A stretch of 63,109 nt of DNA, filler included, from Dimorphilus gyrociliatus (GCA_904063045.1; 5 parts of 5 records of this genome joined end to end with filler, not necessarily neighbours in it), one strand, 5' to 3'; positions 1 to 11,292 are shown, counted from the first letter of the whole stretch. The notes: generated by a model from the sequence alone, not told the origin. Program-made: numbers and translations.

Positions 1-190
1 AAGAACACAGAAAAGATGCATGTGAAATTTGTTACATCTTAGGCAATACCAGATGCTACTGAAGCAGGCCTGTGCTGCAGTGGCACATGTTGGCCATGTG
101 ATGTTCATCTCATCATTGTATTCTATATGTGTGATATAATAGTCTTTGATATTTTTGTTACTTGTGGATTATGAGACTGCTATATTTCGC
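1..190 (+). repeat. Fragment of the solo-LTR family (U3 part)
   Basis: TTGTTACATCTTAGGC...GATTATGAGACTG matches 53645-53770, 50045-50120 and the reverse complement of 8560-8700. Confidence 0.6.
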
Positions 191-1676
191 CCTCCTTCAA
201 TTGAATAATTTGGGTATGACATCAAGAATAGGACAAAAGCTTACAAGAAATATTTTTTTAACTATTACAATAAATGCAATTTGCTGGATTCCTTTCTCTG
301 TTTTAAGTGAATATATTAGCATGTTTTATAGAAATAGAAGAAGTTTCTGAAAGTGATAGAAAATGTCAACAACAATATGGTTTTATTTTACTATAACACT
401 AATGCAAAATCTGCAAGATACAGAAACCATCTCCAAATGTATGGTTTTACCCTAAGCCTAACCCAGCCCTTGTCACTTTCCAACCTTGTTTGTCACTCCT
501 AACAGTCAGATGGGTTGCCCTTAAGTACTAATCAATAGCTGTCTTTTTCTTCCTAACCATTCGTCAACCCAAAATCTAACCTTGAAATATGTCACTCGAA
601 GACATTGTCTATCAACCCCAGAAAATCTTGTCTTTTAACACTTGTTAATTAGCCCTATCATCAGATGGGAGCCTCTCCCAAGTACAAATTACCAGTTTTT
701 GTTATTCTTGCTAATCAATTTTCATGACAAAATCTTACTCTGAAATATCTGACTTGTGGACAGTTTCTGTCACACCCAGAAACTTTGAATAAATTACTGC
801 AATATAAAAAAGACACAAACAAAGAAAAATCAATTGAGTAATTAAAGGCTATACATATCTATTTCATTGTTTTGTTTTGTTTTTAGGCTATATATCATTA
901 ATGACTGATTTGGAAATCAATGAGAACATTTACATTTTTGTCATAATATTTTTCTTACCAATAAATTCTGTTGTAAATCCATTTATTTTCTTGTTGAGCA
1001 AATTAATTTCCAATAGGAATGAAGCATCTAAAAGAAGAAAGGCAAAAATGTTAACAAAATACTTTTTTTTTTCTAAATTTGAATCAAAAAAAAAAAAAAT
1101 TTTTTCTTAAAATCATTTTCATTTCTATAGAAAATTGGAAATACAATCAAAAATATCACAATTTCAATCGAAAAGTAACAACGAAATAGTATTAATTCAT
1201 TTTTAAATAATTAGACAATTTTTTTTATTACTTTTTCAGTTTTCAAATATCAAAGTGAAACAGAAGAAAATCAAATTATTCCAATTAGATATTTACATAA
1301 TTTTGAAACAGTTAAGATTGACTATAATCTGTACAAAAACAGTCAATACCTTATCCTATTGCAAGTTGTCCTAAAATCATTAGCATTTTTACATTTCTAT
1401 GAATTATGCCTTAAACAAAATTTGGGTATTACAAATATTGTTTTTGATGTAAATTATAATTTTTGAACTATCTAAATAATACAATAATAGCTCTTTTATT
1501 TTTTGAAGAGAATGTCAAAAAAGTATTATTTAACTGTCACCAACTTAACAAGTTTAAGTGTGGAACATGCAAAAGATGACATTAAGCAATTTGGGATGTT
1601 AGTTAAAAACATTCTCCAGAAGAGAAACTTTTTACTACAAAAAAAACACCTCACCTTGAAAACTGTACTACAATAG
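191..1676 (+). CDS. GRL101/RXFP-like GPCR, 3' part (TM6-TM7) with C-terminal pseudokinase-like tail; 5'-partial
   Basis: Exons ~191-306, 887-1049, 1131-1174 (44 nt), 1240-1448, 1509-1676 splice in frame with GT-AG introns. TM6 ICWIPF, TM7 LPINSVVNPFIF, tail YLILLQVVLKSLAFLH...NIVFD|...AKDDIKQFGMLVKNILQKR. Confidence 0.75.
416..777. mobile_element. Two degraded tandem Mutator-type MITE copies in a GPCR intron
   Basis: Similar to the MITE at 25484-25690 (CCCTAA motifs, AGATGGG core, ends ...TTTCTGTCACACCC). Confidence 0.55.
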
Positions 1677-1749
1677 AGAAATTATTATCCAGATATGTCA
1701 TATTGACCTATATTTAATTCTGCTTTGTCGTACTCTATCCATTCCTACT

Positions 1750-2644
1750 TATTTTATAACTGTATAGAATAAAAGCAAATATAGACTAAAATAAGACAAT
1801 TAACAAAAGAAACTAGTCTCTACCATCTAAGATTTTTAATTTAGAAAGATATTTCTGTAAGTTAGATCATGGACAAGGGTATAGTCTGGGGCAATTTTTT
1901 AGGAATTGTCAATCATTAGAATGTGTTAATTTACAAGAAAATGTACAACAAGGAGATAGCTTTGGAAATATTTGTAGTGGACTTGTGCCATCTTCTAATT
2001 CTATGAAAAAGCTTAGTATATGCTTCTGCTTTATAAACAATAAGCAAACTAAATGTATCACAGAAATGTTGTCAAACAGTACTGCTTTAGACTGATTTTT
2101 AATGGACTGAAATCATCATCCAGTACTTTAACAAATTAAAATTTTGTGGCTGTAAGTTAGATTCAAAACAGTTAAGATGCCTAGGAGAAGCTCTTTAAGA
2201 GTTTACTAGTGTAGTAACCATTGACCTTCTGTTCAACTTGTGTGATGGAAGTAAATATAATGAAAATTTTAAAGGACTAGAGTCCTCCTCTAGCTCTTTA
2301 AAATTTATTAATATGCAAACATTTGACATAACAGATATTGAAGCTGAATCTATAGCAAAAGGTTTAGAATGTTTTTATTCATTAGAGTCAATTCTTCTTC
2401 ATAGATATACATGAAGGTGTTATATGGACTTAATCAGATAATTGAAGGACTATACTCAAGAATTAATAGCTTGAAAATTCTGAAAATTACATCTTATGAA
2501 TTAGACAATAGCCAAGGAGATGTCCTTAGAAAATTTCTTGGCAATTGCCAAATATATATTCATATATATTACATCTATCATCAACATTTCTTGTTTAAAT
2601 CCTCTTATGAAATAAAAGCACGAGTTTTCCTAAAATGGGAATGA
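1750..2644 (+). pseudogene. RNI-like/NLR-type leucine-rich-repeat pseudogene
   Basis: Interrupted LRR-like peptides (LDHGQGYSL..CQSLECVNL; INSLKILKITSYELDNSQGDVL) with stops and frameshifts. Confidence 0.5.
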
Positions 2645-3178
2645 TTTTACCCAGAGACAAGTTTTCCCAGGGCAAGTTTTTCTGTTCCTGTCTTGTACAG
2701 CTATTGCTTTTCTTTAGCAATATATAGAATAGTACTCGTCCAAGTAGAACCAAGTTATACTACAGCAAAAGTATGGCTGTAAAAGATGAGTAGAGAATAA
2801 AGAACAAGGGTATCTTCAAAAAGATGGGGTTTGTATTCAGTAAAACTTTACTTTAAAATGCAAAAATGCTGACTAATTCATTTTTTGAATAGGAAATACT
2901 TTGATATAAAATACAGAAAATATTCAATAGCAGACTTTTAAAAAAACAGAAGAAACAAAGGAGCAATTCTAATAAGAATTCTGGACAAAACATCCCCTGG
3001 AGAAATCTTTCCTTGAATATAATTAAAAATGTCTTGTATTATTTATGATTGTGAAAAATATTTAATAAGTAATATTTATTAGAAAATGTATTTTGAAAAA
3101 AATGAAATGCAAAGTTTAGTTATTAAAATAGAAAAAATATTGAAGGATAATTAAAGTAAAATTAAAAGCAACAGTATA

Positions 3179-4831
3179 CAGCCGCGGTCATAAATATCTA
3201 TACATGAAAAAAAAAATTTTTTTTTTCTATAAAATAATTTTTTTTTGGATTTCTTCAACAAAATTGTTTGTTCTTTTTTTAAATATTTGTTGAAGAATAT
3301 GTTATAAACCAGAAAATGGATTTAGTTTACTGAAAAAAATATTCTTATATAAAAAAAAGAATGTTTTTTAATTCTATGTTTATTTATCATTAAAAATAGT
3401 CCCAAAAAAAATGGCCAAAAATATTTATATAAATTTAATTACATAGTTTGTCAAGGTTTTTTTTCTAAATTTTTGCGTTTTGTCTCAGTCTAAAAACTAC
3501 TTTTTAATTCTGTTTCCTTTATTGATAATAACTTGCCAAACTCTCTCCCCGATTCCTCTATATAAATTTTTCACAAAATCTCTATTGCTTGTATTGATTT
3601 TGTCCACCTCTTCCTGTATCCTGTCCCATAAATGGTCAAGGGTTTTTGGTGTTTGAATTTCATACACTTTAATTTTTAAATAACCCCACAAATTCTCTAT
3701 GGGGTTGAGGTCTGGAGAGTATGGAGGCCAATCAAGGACTTGAATTCCATTCTCCTCCAGGATATCCATTGTTACTCTGGCAGTGTGTGGGGGTGCATTA
3801 TCCTGCTGAAAGGTGAAGTTTTCTCCAAATTTTTCCCTCAAAATTGGGAAAACTGTTCCCTGAAGAAATTCGGCATAAATCTCTCCAGAGATGTTGGAGG
3901 GAAGTCTTTGGATAAAAACTTCACCATCTGAGGATATACACCCCCACACCATCACTCCTCCTCCACCAACTGGAAGCTTATCTCTAAAGAGCCTTGGCCT
4001 GTCATTGAGCTGCCAGGTTAACAGATGATCGGGACCATCCAGCGAAAACCTGGACTCATCTGTGAAGACCACATTTTTATATTCAACTTGGCTCTGAATC
4101 CATCCACCCAGTATATTTAATCGTGTGGTTTTTGCTCTTGCTGACAAAGGGCATACCTTCAAAATGGGCAGATACTTTGCTCCATTTTTATTTAGAATCC
4201 TTCTAATGGTTCTTTCAGAAAGATCCAGGCTTAAGTTATCCTTAATTTTTTTAGCAGTTGCCAACTCTCTTTTTTCCTGCAATCTTATGCATTCTCTTTT
4301 AATTAGTGACTTCAGTCTTTCACTGGCTTTGGATGGTCTTCCCCTTTTGTCAGGTTTTCCTGCTCTTTTGTTCTCACAGATATACTGGAGTGAAGGTTTT
4401 GGGATATTTAAGTCCGCCTCAAGTTCTTTATAGGTCATTTCAGCTTTTTTCGCCCTTGCTAGCTCTCTAATTTGAGAATGATATTTCATTTTGACAAAGA
4501 AATGTAAGTAATTATCTGCGGAGTCAGATTTGTTCTAAATTCAAATGTTCTAAAAACTATTTAGACAAAAAACATGTTTTTATAGATATTTATGGCCATT
4601 TTTAAATTATATAATTTAATTGCAAAAAGCACTTGTTGTCTAAAATTAAAAAAAAAAAGTACTTTTAAAAGCTGAAAAAAACAAATGTTGTATGAAATTA
4701 CATAAAATACCCTTTAAACAACATCATTCTATTTAAGAAAAATAATTTTATTTCTCAAAATTAGAGAAAAATGAGTTTTTAAAAAAAATATTTTCTTTTT
4801 TTTCATGTATAAACATTTTTGACCGCGGCTG
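3179..4831 (-). mobile_element. Full-length Tc1/mariner element (DD34E) with TA target duplication
   Basis: TA|CAGCCGCGGTCA...TGACCGCGGCTG|TA. About 38-bp outer TIR plus an inner repeat of the same motif (3412-3433, 4578-4598). Confidence 0.95.
3497..4489 (-). CDS. Tc1-family transposase, intact, 330 aa
   Basis: HTH plus GRP linker; catalytic TDESRF, QDNAPPH and SPDLNPIE with 34 residues between the second D and the E. Confidence 0.95.
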   Translation of the reverse strand: MKYHSQIRELARAKKAEMTYKELEADLNIPKPSLQYICENKRAGKPDKRGRPSKASERLKSLIKRECIRLQEKRELATAKKIKDNLSLDLSERTIRRILNKNGAKYLPILKVCPLSARAKTTRLNILGGWIQSQVEYKNVVFTDESRFSLDGPDHLLTWQLNDRPRLFRDKLPVGGGGVMVWGCISSDGEVFIQRLPSNISGEIYAEFLQGTVFPILREKFGENFTFQQDNAPPHTARVTMDILEENGIQVLDWPPYSPDLNPIENLWGYLKIKVYEIQTPKTLDHLWDRIQEEVDKINTSNRDFVKNLYRGIGERVWQVIINKGNRIKK

Positions 4832-5181
4832 TATTTTAGATATGTTATCCAATAGTTGTAATGCTGTTATGGAAGCAACATCAAATTCAGCCCAATATTT
4901 GAAAATATCACTTTCAATTCTCTTATAACATTTCTTTTGAAGCCTGCAGACTTTTCCATCACTCAAAAGTTTCTTGTACAGATTAATCAAATCTGACTCT
5001 CTTTTTAACTCATCTATTAATAAGTAGAAGGAGCCTTTAGCATATACATTTCTATTCGGGGTCAGGTGCAAATGTACCTGTTAGCAAATATTTCCAACCA
5101 TGAAAACATTTTAGGAAAGGGTTAGTTTGAATATTTTGATCAATTTATTGTTAGAGGGGCTCCAATTTAGGGTTAGGGAAT

Positions 5182-6116
5182 TGTACACATACATTCGTCA
5201 GCTATATTCTACAATAGAGAAGTAGTATTGAACCAGTATTGTACTATGCAGATAGCACTGATAAAGATAAACAGTAGTGACCTAGTTTCACATAGGGTAG
5301 TGCATACACATTATGCAGCAATAAAACCTATTGAATTATTTAAAGAATATTTGCTATTTGCAACCTAGCATTAATATTACAATTTATTAATCCATAAATT
5401 TATGATTTCCAACTAAAACTAGTTCAATTAATTATCAATTATGCTTAAATTCTAAGTTTAGATTATATTGACTATTCAACAGTATTGTATACACAATACT
5501 GTTCTTTTTAACATGCATTAATCAGATATACTTCCTCCTTATATGCTGATGCTAAATTTACTAACTCAATCAATTGAATATCATTATTAAGGTAGAATAT
5601 AAAAACGGTCAAATATACAATCTACATGTTTTCTTCATTGTTGGACTTGTCCTACTAAAATTGTTACATCTTATGCAACTCTCCAACCTGAGAAATTCAA
5701 CTATTATTTAGAAGAGGAAAACAATAAAAACATGACCATATTTACAACTTTTCTTTGTCTTCAAATGTTACTTTTGTTTTTGTGAACATTGAAATTTGTG
5801 AACTATCAATCCTTAAAAGAGTATATAAACCCTACGAAATTAACAGTTGACAGTTCACTTTTCTAACTGTCAGCTAGTTGTTTAAACTAGCTTGTTTAGA
5901 ACTAGAAGCTCATTTTACTCAATACATATTCTTTGCACGAAATACTGGTGTTTTGTTAATTAATTTCTACCGAAATTGCCTTTGTTAGACTATTTGTGGA
6001 CAAACTTTAAAGGTTCTATTTGTTTGAGTACTTTGGCAAGTTGGTAAATGATTGGAAAGGACGATTACAGTTGTGACGAACCAGAAATTCCTACAATTAC
6101 AATACAACAAAGTACA
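5182..6116 (+). mobile_element. Solo LTR (935 bp), subfamily A
   Basis: TGTAC...GTACA termini, perfect 5-bp TSD GGAAT, TATA-like TATATAAA near 5823; near-identical copy at 47544-48478. Confidence 0.9.
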
Positions 6117-8216
6117 GGAATATAAAAAACACAGATATAACACTCAATTTCAGATATATTAAGGTAGGCTTCAACCTGCCATGGGTACGTTTGCACCCCC
6201 ATCCTTTCTATTCAACCTATTATGCCAGCCTTCCAAGTCATTGTTAGTCCTAATTGTTTCTCTGTAGACTGAACAAGTACTTGGAACAAAGAAATCTCCA
6301 TAAAACCATTGCTTATCCACATAGTCAATTAGCTTGCTGAGGAATTTTTTCTCAGATACTTTGTTTCTGAGAATATCAAAGGTAGCAGGGATGACATCAG
6401 TTTTTAGAAATGGTAATGCCAGTAGTTTCTTCATTATCAAATACTCCTCTTCTTTCTTCTTATAAAGAGAACTATAACCTGGTTCTCATATTTTTCTATA
6501 GACTGCTTGAGTTCAATGAAAATAGCATCCTCTGATATTTGCATCAGGGTAAACAGACAGAAGTGCTTTCCAAATTGACTTTTCAAAGTCAGTTATGAAT
6601 TTTTGTGGCAAATGACCATCTGTTATTGCTTTAATTTCCTGTTTTCCAAACAACATTGGTTTGTTAATATTACATTTATAGTTTTTAACCAATTGCTCTA
6701 CTCACCTTGAACAAAAGCTTATATGCTTTCTTTGATTTTGAGCTCATAAATGCAAAGACCAAAGGAACTTGCTTCAATTCACTGTTCTTTTTTACAAATC
6801 CATGAATGGTAAATAGCTGATAAAATGGGTCCTTAACATATTTAAAGGTTCTATCTATAAACCACATCTTTCCATGGGATAGTAATTTTACTTGACTTTG
6901 TGTAGAGAATATAATTATTCTTTCATTTTCTCTGCAAATATCATTTATCAGGAAATTATCTGGAACAAAATTTTTGTCAAGAGTGAAGTATAAGCCATCT
7001 GGTTCATTAGGATTAAACTGCTGTCTTGTTCTATTAATAAGTCTACAACAGCTATCAATAGATGGAATAGCAAAATTTGATTTTGGAACTTCACTGAGAA
7101 CATTTTCAGCCAAACATTTTCCTGATGTTATTTTATCATTTTGACCACTTTCTGTTAATTTGTGTCTAATTCTTATTTCCATTTCCAGATTATTATTTCT
7201 CTCATGAATATGATTCATTTTGCCAAGGATGAAAGAATTATCTCTTTGGGAAACTCTTGCAGGACACTTCATGGATTTATTTCTGACACTACAAGTCCAT
7301 TTAACTGTGTTTGCAGTCTTTTCTTTTACAGTATAACTGTATCCTTCATGCAAAAGGAGATTTTTTCCTTTTTGACTCATTCCTTCCAATATTGTAAATG
7401 TAGGGTCCATTTCATCTATTCCTTGAATATTTGAGTTATCAAAAGAGTTTTCCATTAAATCATCTTGAGAGACATTTGTCAAATGGTTTCCATTATTTCT
7501 ATGATCAGATAATTCTTGGTCATTCCCTACAATTTCATCTTTTCCACTTCTTTCTCCAGTAAAAGGGTTATCTTCAACAAAAGTAAGTCTAAAACAGGTT
7601 ATTCTATTTAATGAGACAAAGCAATTCTTTTTGGAGATATCAGTGCAGGTGGAACATAAATATACATCAGACACTGCAAATATTTAGAAATAAATAAAAA
7701 TGATAGAATAATAAATGTGAATATTACTTGAAATGCATTTTTTATGAAAGTTTAACTGATGAGAGCAGAGTGAGCATTTGCTTGTGAATTTTCTTTCAAA
7801 TATTCTATATCTACACATTTGACAGTAGGGAGCCATCACCTGATGAAAAATTAGAAAGTGGACATGACACAATGCCCAAATAAAGATTAAGCAAATAAGT
7901 TACTTTTTTTAAATAAATACCTTGGGGGTATGAAAATCTTTGATGAAATATCTATACCAAAATCACCTTGTTTTAAATCAGAAACAATCATTACAGCATG
8001 AAGAATAAAAATTGTAGTAAAAAAAGATGGCTACCAGGTATTAAAAACAGGAAGTGGACAAGACTTCCTGTAAAATAGTACTTTTTTCTTTAAATCAAAT
8101 AATTCTCATTTTAGGTATATTTAAACTAGTTTGAAACACTTTTTATACTAATATTTAATTAGCAATTCAATAAAACATTATTAAGTACAATAAAGAAATT
8201 ACTTCACTTTTCTAGC

Positions 8217-8954
8217 TGTACTTTGTTGTATTGTAATTGTAGGAATTTCTGCTTCTTCAGAACAGTATTCGTCCTTTCCAATCATTTATCAATTTACCAA
8301 AGTACTGATCCAATTAGAACCTTTCAAGTTCGTCCACAAATAGTCTTAACAAATGTAATTTTGGTAGAAATAATTCAACAAAATACCAGTATTTCGTCCA
8401 AAGAATATGTATTGAGTAAATGAGTTTCTAGTTCTAAACAAGTAAGTTTAAACAACCAGTTAATGGTTAAAGAACTGAACTGACAAGCTGGGGAAATGCA
8501 TTTCCTTTTATACATTTTCCAAAGCTTGGGTTCAAGTGGTCAAAGGATTACAAAGTTGAAATCTGACAGTCTCATAATTCTCATGTAACAAAAATATGAA
8601 AGACTGTTATATGACACATATAAAATATAATCCTAAGATTAGGGCCACATGCCAAACATGTGCCACAGCAAACAGGCCTGCCTCATCAGCATCTGGTGTT
8701 TGACCTGCATCTTTTCCATGTTCTTTGTTCCTTTGTTAATTCCCCAAGTAGCCACCATCTGTTACAGTCAAAGAGTCTATTTCTTACGAAATAGAGTTCT
8801 TTCTAAAGTACTAAAAGCTAACTCTACGAAATAAAAGTCTTTCTAAAGTTCCACCACTATAATTCCTACGAAATATAAGTATTTCTATAGTTGCACCAGT
8901 CTAATTCCTATAAAATAGAAGTCTTTCTAATGTACCCTTATATCTAAGTGCACA
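8217..8954 (-). mobile_element. Solo LTR (738 bp), subfamily B
   Basis: TG...CA termini and perfect 5-bp TSD CTAGC (8212-8216, 8955-8959). Shares the 3' ~270 bp with subfamily A; U3 contains tandem ~45-50-bp repeats. Confidence 0.9.
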
Positions 8955-8961
8955 CTAGCTC

Positions 8962-9045
8962 AAGAGACAATCTGTCCAGGGGACGTTTTGTCCAGGAGAT
9001 TTTTATCAGGGGATGTTCTGTCCAGGGGACATTCTGTCTGGGTCC
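8962..9045. repeat. Tandem ~16-bp repeats (CCAGGGGACRTTYTGT), probable MULE subterminal array
   Basis: About 5 degenerate units; same motif as the MITE terminus at 34207-34229. Confidence 0.65.
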
Positions 9046-9253
9046 CTACTAATAATACCATTTATATTATAGATGTCATTAGTGGTATGCTTTTTTGAAT
9101 AACAAATATTTGAGAAATCTGATGATTGAGTGAAAAAGAAGAGAAGTGTCAAAAACTTGGTAGAGCTTTACTCATAAAACCCATTCTAAAAATCATTTAG
9201 TGTTTACGTTTCATATTGTTTGTTTTTTTTTTATTTCAGTGTATTAGACTTTA

Positions 9254-11292
9254 TTAAAGATTATTTTGAACTGAAATATAGGTTTGTCTCTTCTGCAGAA
9301 TTTTTTTTATAATTGTACCTATTGAAAGAATGTCTTGCTTCTCTTTCTCAGTAGTTAGCTTATTAAACAAAAACTTTTTGAGCACATACAATGAATAAAA
9401 TGTCTGAAAATGATAAAACAATTTAAGAAAGACTATTTGCTATTTTCTCGTAATTTTTACATTATAGTGTAAATCATCAAATAGAATTTCACTATCAAAT
9501 GAAAGATTGTTTCTATGACAATATTCAATAATCATCAATATATCTCTTGTCAATTTCAAATATTCCAGTTTTGAAAAAAATTGGAAAGATAGGAAATTTT
9601 TTTCCAAAAATTTCAGATGGTATTCATTTTTTAGCATGATATAACCATTAGAATTTGAAAAAAATGTCATTACTAAAAATATGAAGAGGCAAATCTATAG
9701 CTCTCTCCAATTACTAAATAAAAACTGGTAATCTCTGTACTATACTTACAATTGCCAAACGTTGTCTTTGTTATATTTCGCATTACTTTTTCCCTGTGGA
9801 GATGAAAGGTTATAATTTGAAAGAGGAGGAGGAGAAGCAGAGAGAGAGAGAGAGAGAGAGAGAGGAGTGAGCAATACCTTTCCATTTCTATCCTTTTTCT
9901 CCTTTTGAAGAACAGATCTTGAATGTCAGAAGAAGAATAGAAAAAGGGATTCAATAAACTATTTATAGGTATTAAAGTTGAAACGATTATAGAATAGACA
10001 TCATTGCTCATGTGAATATCAACAGAAAATGAAATAAGGCCTATATATTAAAAATCAAAAACGTTTCTGTTAAAACTTTTGACCCAATTTAACAACAACA
10101 ATCACCTAGAGTTGATATTGGCAACCAACAACCCATATTTGTAGCTATTATACAAACAACAGTCCTAAGTAATTTTTGAGATTTTTCCTGTCTCCTTTCA
10201 CTAGATTTCATCTTTGAAAGTGAATTTTTAGCACTATTCAGCAGATTTCCATACAAGACACAAATTATAACACTGATCAGCAAAGTTGTAACATTAAAGA
10301 TAATAAATGAATAGAACCATCCATATTCCTTTTCACTTCTTATATGAATGTTAAAGCAGATTGGGGATTTTCCATAGACATTCTGAGAAAGGGAGGGAGG
10401 GAGAGAGAGAGAGAGAAAGAGGGAGAGAGGGTGCATTTTAATATATGTCTTAAATTGGTAAAAATCAAAATGGAGGTATTTTTTTTACTGTATATAATGC
10501 AAGTGGCAAAATTGATGTTAGAAAGACTTGGAAAAGTACGAAAATAGCTATATATTTACAGAATCTCTTGATTTTTGATAGTAAAAAAGGAAATACAATT
10601 GCAAAATATCTTTCTGCAGTTATTAATAAAAGACTTTCTGATGAAAGTAGCAGTGAAAAAGTCATAATTGTTCCTAAAATTTGACAGAATACACTCTGAC
10701 GCCATATTGGATCATTTTCAATAAAATTATTCTTGTAGAAAGTATCAACAGCAGCAATTGATAGAAAGTGAAAAGATGTTAGAAAATCACCAATATTTAA
10801 TATTAATCTAAATGACTTTGAAGTTGAAACAAAGATTAGTGATAGTAAGAATGAGATTAGATTAATAATTAATCCAATTAAGCCAAAAATCCAAAAGAAT
10901 CCTTTGATTAGGTTTGAACTTAATAAATTTGAACATGTATTGAACAGTGATGAAGATGGTTGACAGCTAACTCTGCTACTAACATACTTCCAAGTTAAAC
11001 AACACAACCTGTATGATTTGCTAATAATTTCTTCAACTCCCTGAATATATTTTGCAATGTTTTCACTTTCATCAACTGGGAAATTTGTGTTGTTCAAGTG
11101 TAAAATTCTCAATTCTCTTAGCAATTCAAATGACCTTGAACCAATATGCAAAATATTACATTCGGCCATTTTGAAAGTTTCTAAATTTTTAAAATATCGT
11201 AAACTGGAATTTAAATATTTAATAGGATTATTTGAAATGTCCAGGTATTTTAAATGGGAACAGCCTAAAGCCACTAATGAGTTTATATCTTT
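9254..11292 (-). CDS. LRR-7TM GPCR (GRL101/RXFP-like) with C-terminal pseudokinase-like domain; 5' end cut by contig edge
   Basis: Exons 11292-10489, 10382-10106, 10040-9878, 9793-9750 (44 nt), 9672-9461, 9403-9254; all GT-AG and in frame. LRRs, TAERY, CWLP, NPFFY, then LTRDILMIIEYCHRNN and KQDILSIGTIIKKIL; AATAAA follows the stop. Confidence 0.85.

Larger units (their letters stand above)
3164..7836 (-). pseudogene. PHD finger + FLYWCH + MULE DDE transposase pseudogene, split by insertions
   Basis: Exon 7836-7728 (YCQMC..CSLC..FHKKC) splices to 7673 (LCSTC). Then FLYWCH (WTCSVRNKSMKCPARV..H.H), WFIDRTFK, TDFEKSIW..GCYFH* (premature stops), RTNNDLEGWHNRLN and C-terminal FYLLIDELKRE. The end LDNISKI|YCCF* is restored by excising the Tc1. 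Confidence 0.85.
2981..9045 (-). mobile_element. Decayed MULE (Mutator-like) DNA transposon hosting three nested insertions
   Basis: CTGGACAAAACATCCCCTGG at 2981-3000 is inverted relative to the CCAGGGGACGTTTTGTCCAGG array at 8974-9045; a MULE transposase pseudogene lies between them. Exact termini and TSD not found. Confidence 0.6.

Noticed and set aside
3740-4433. Plus-strand ORFs 3740-3931 and 4125-4433 (likewise 7162, 13591, 16123, 18322, 21547, 22972, 23898, 39817)
   Set aside because: Antisense shadows of longer ORFs on the opposite strand.
8223-8423. Recurrent small ORF MLYCNCRNF... (also 48414, 50056, 54219)
   Set aside because: Reading frames inside the LTR R-U5 region; stops and frames differ among copies, so not a conserved gene.
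8962-9045. Short regularly spaced repeats (also 17359-17481, 61522-61607) as CRISPR arrays
   Set aside because: Head-to-tail tandem units with no unique spacers, no cas genes, eukaryotic context.
9841-9865. (AG)n tracts here and at ~10400, 24955, 46677, 58570
   Set aside because: Ordinary intronic or intergenic microsatellites.
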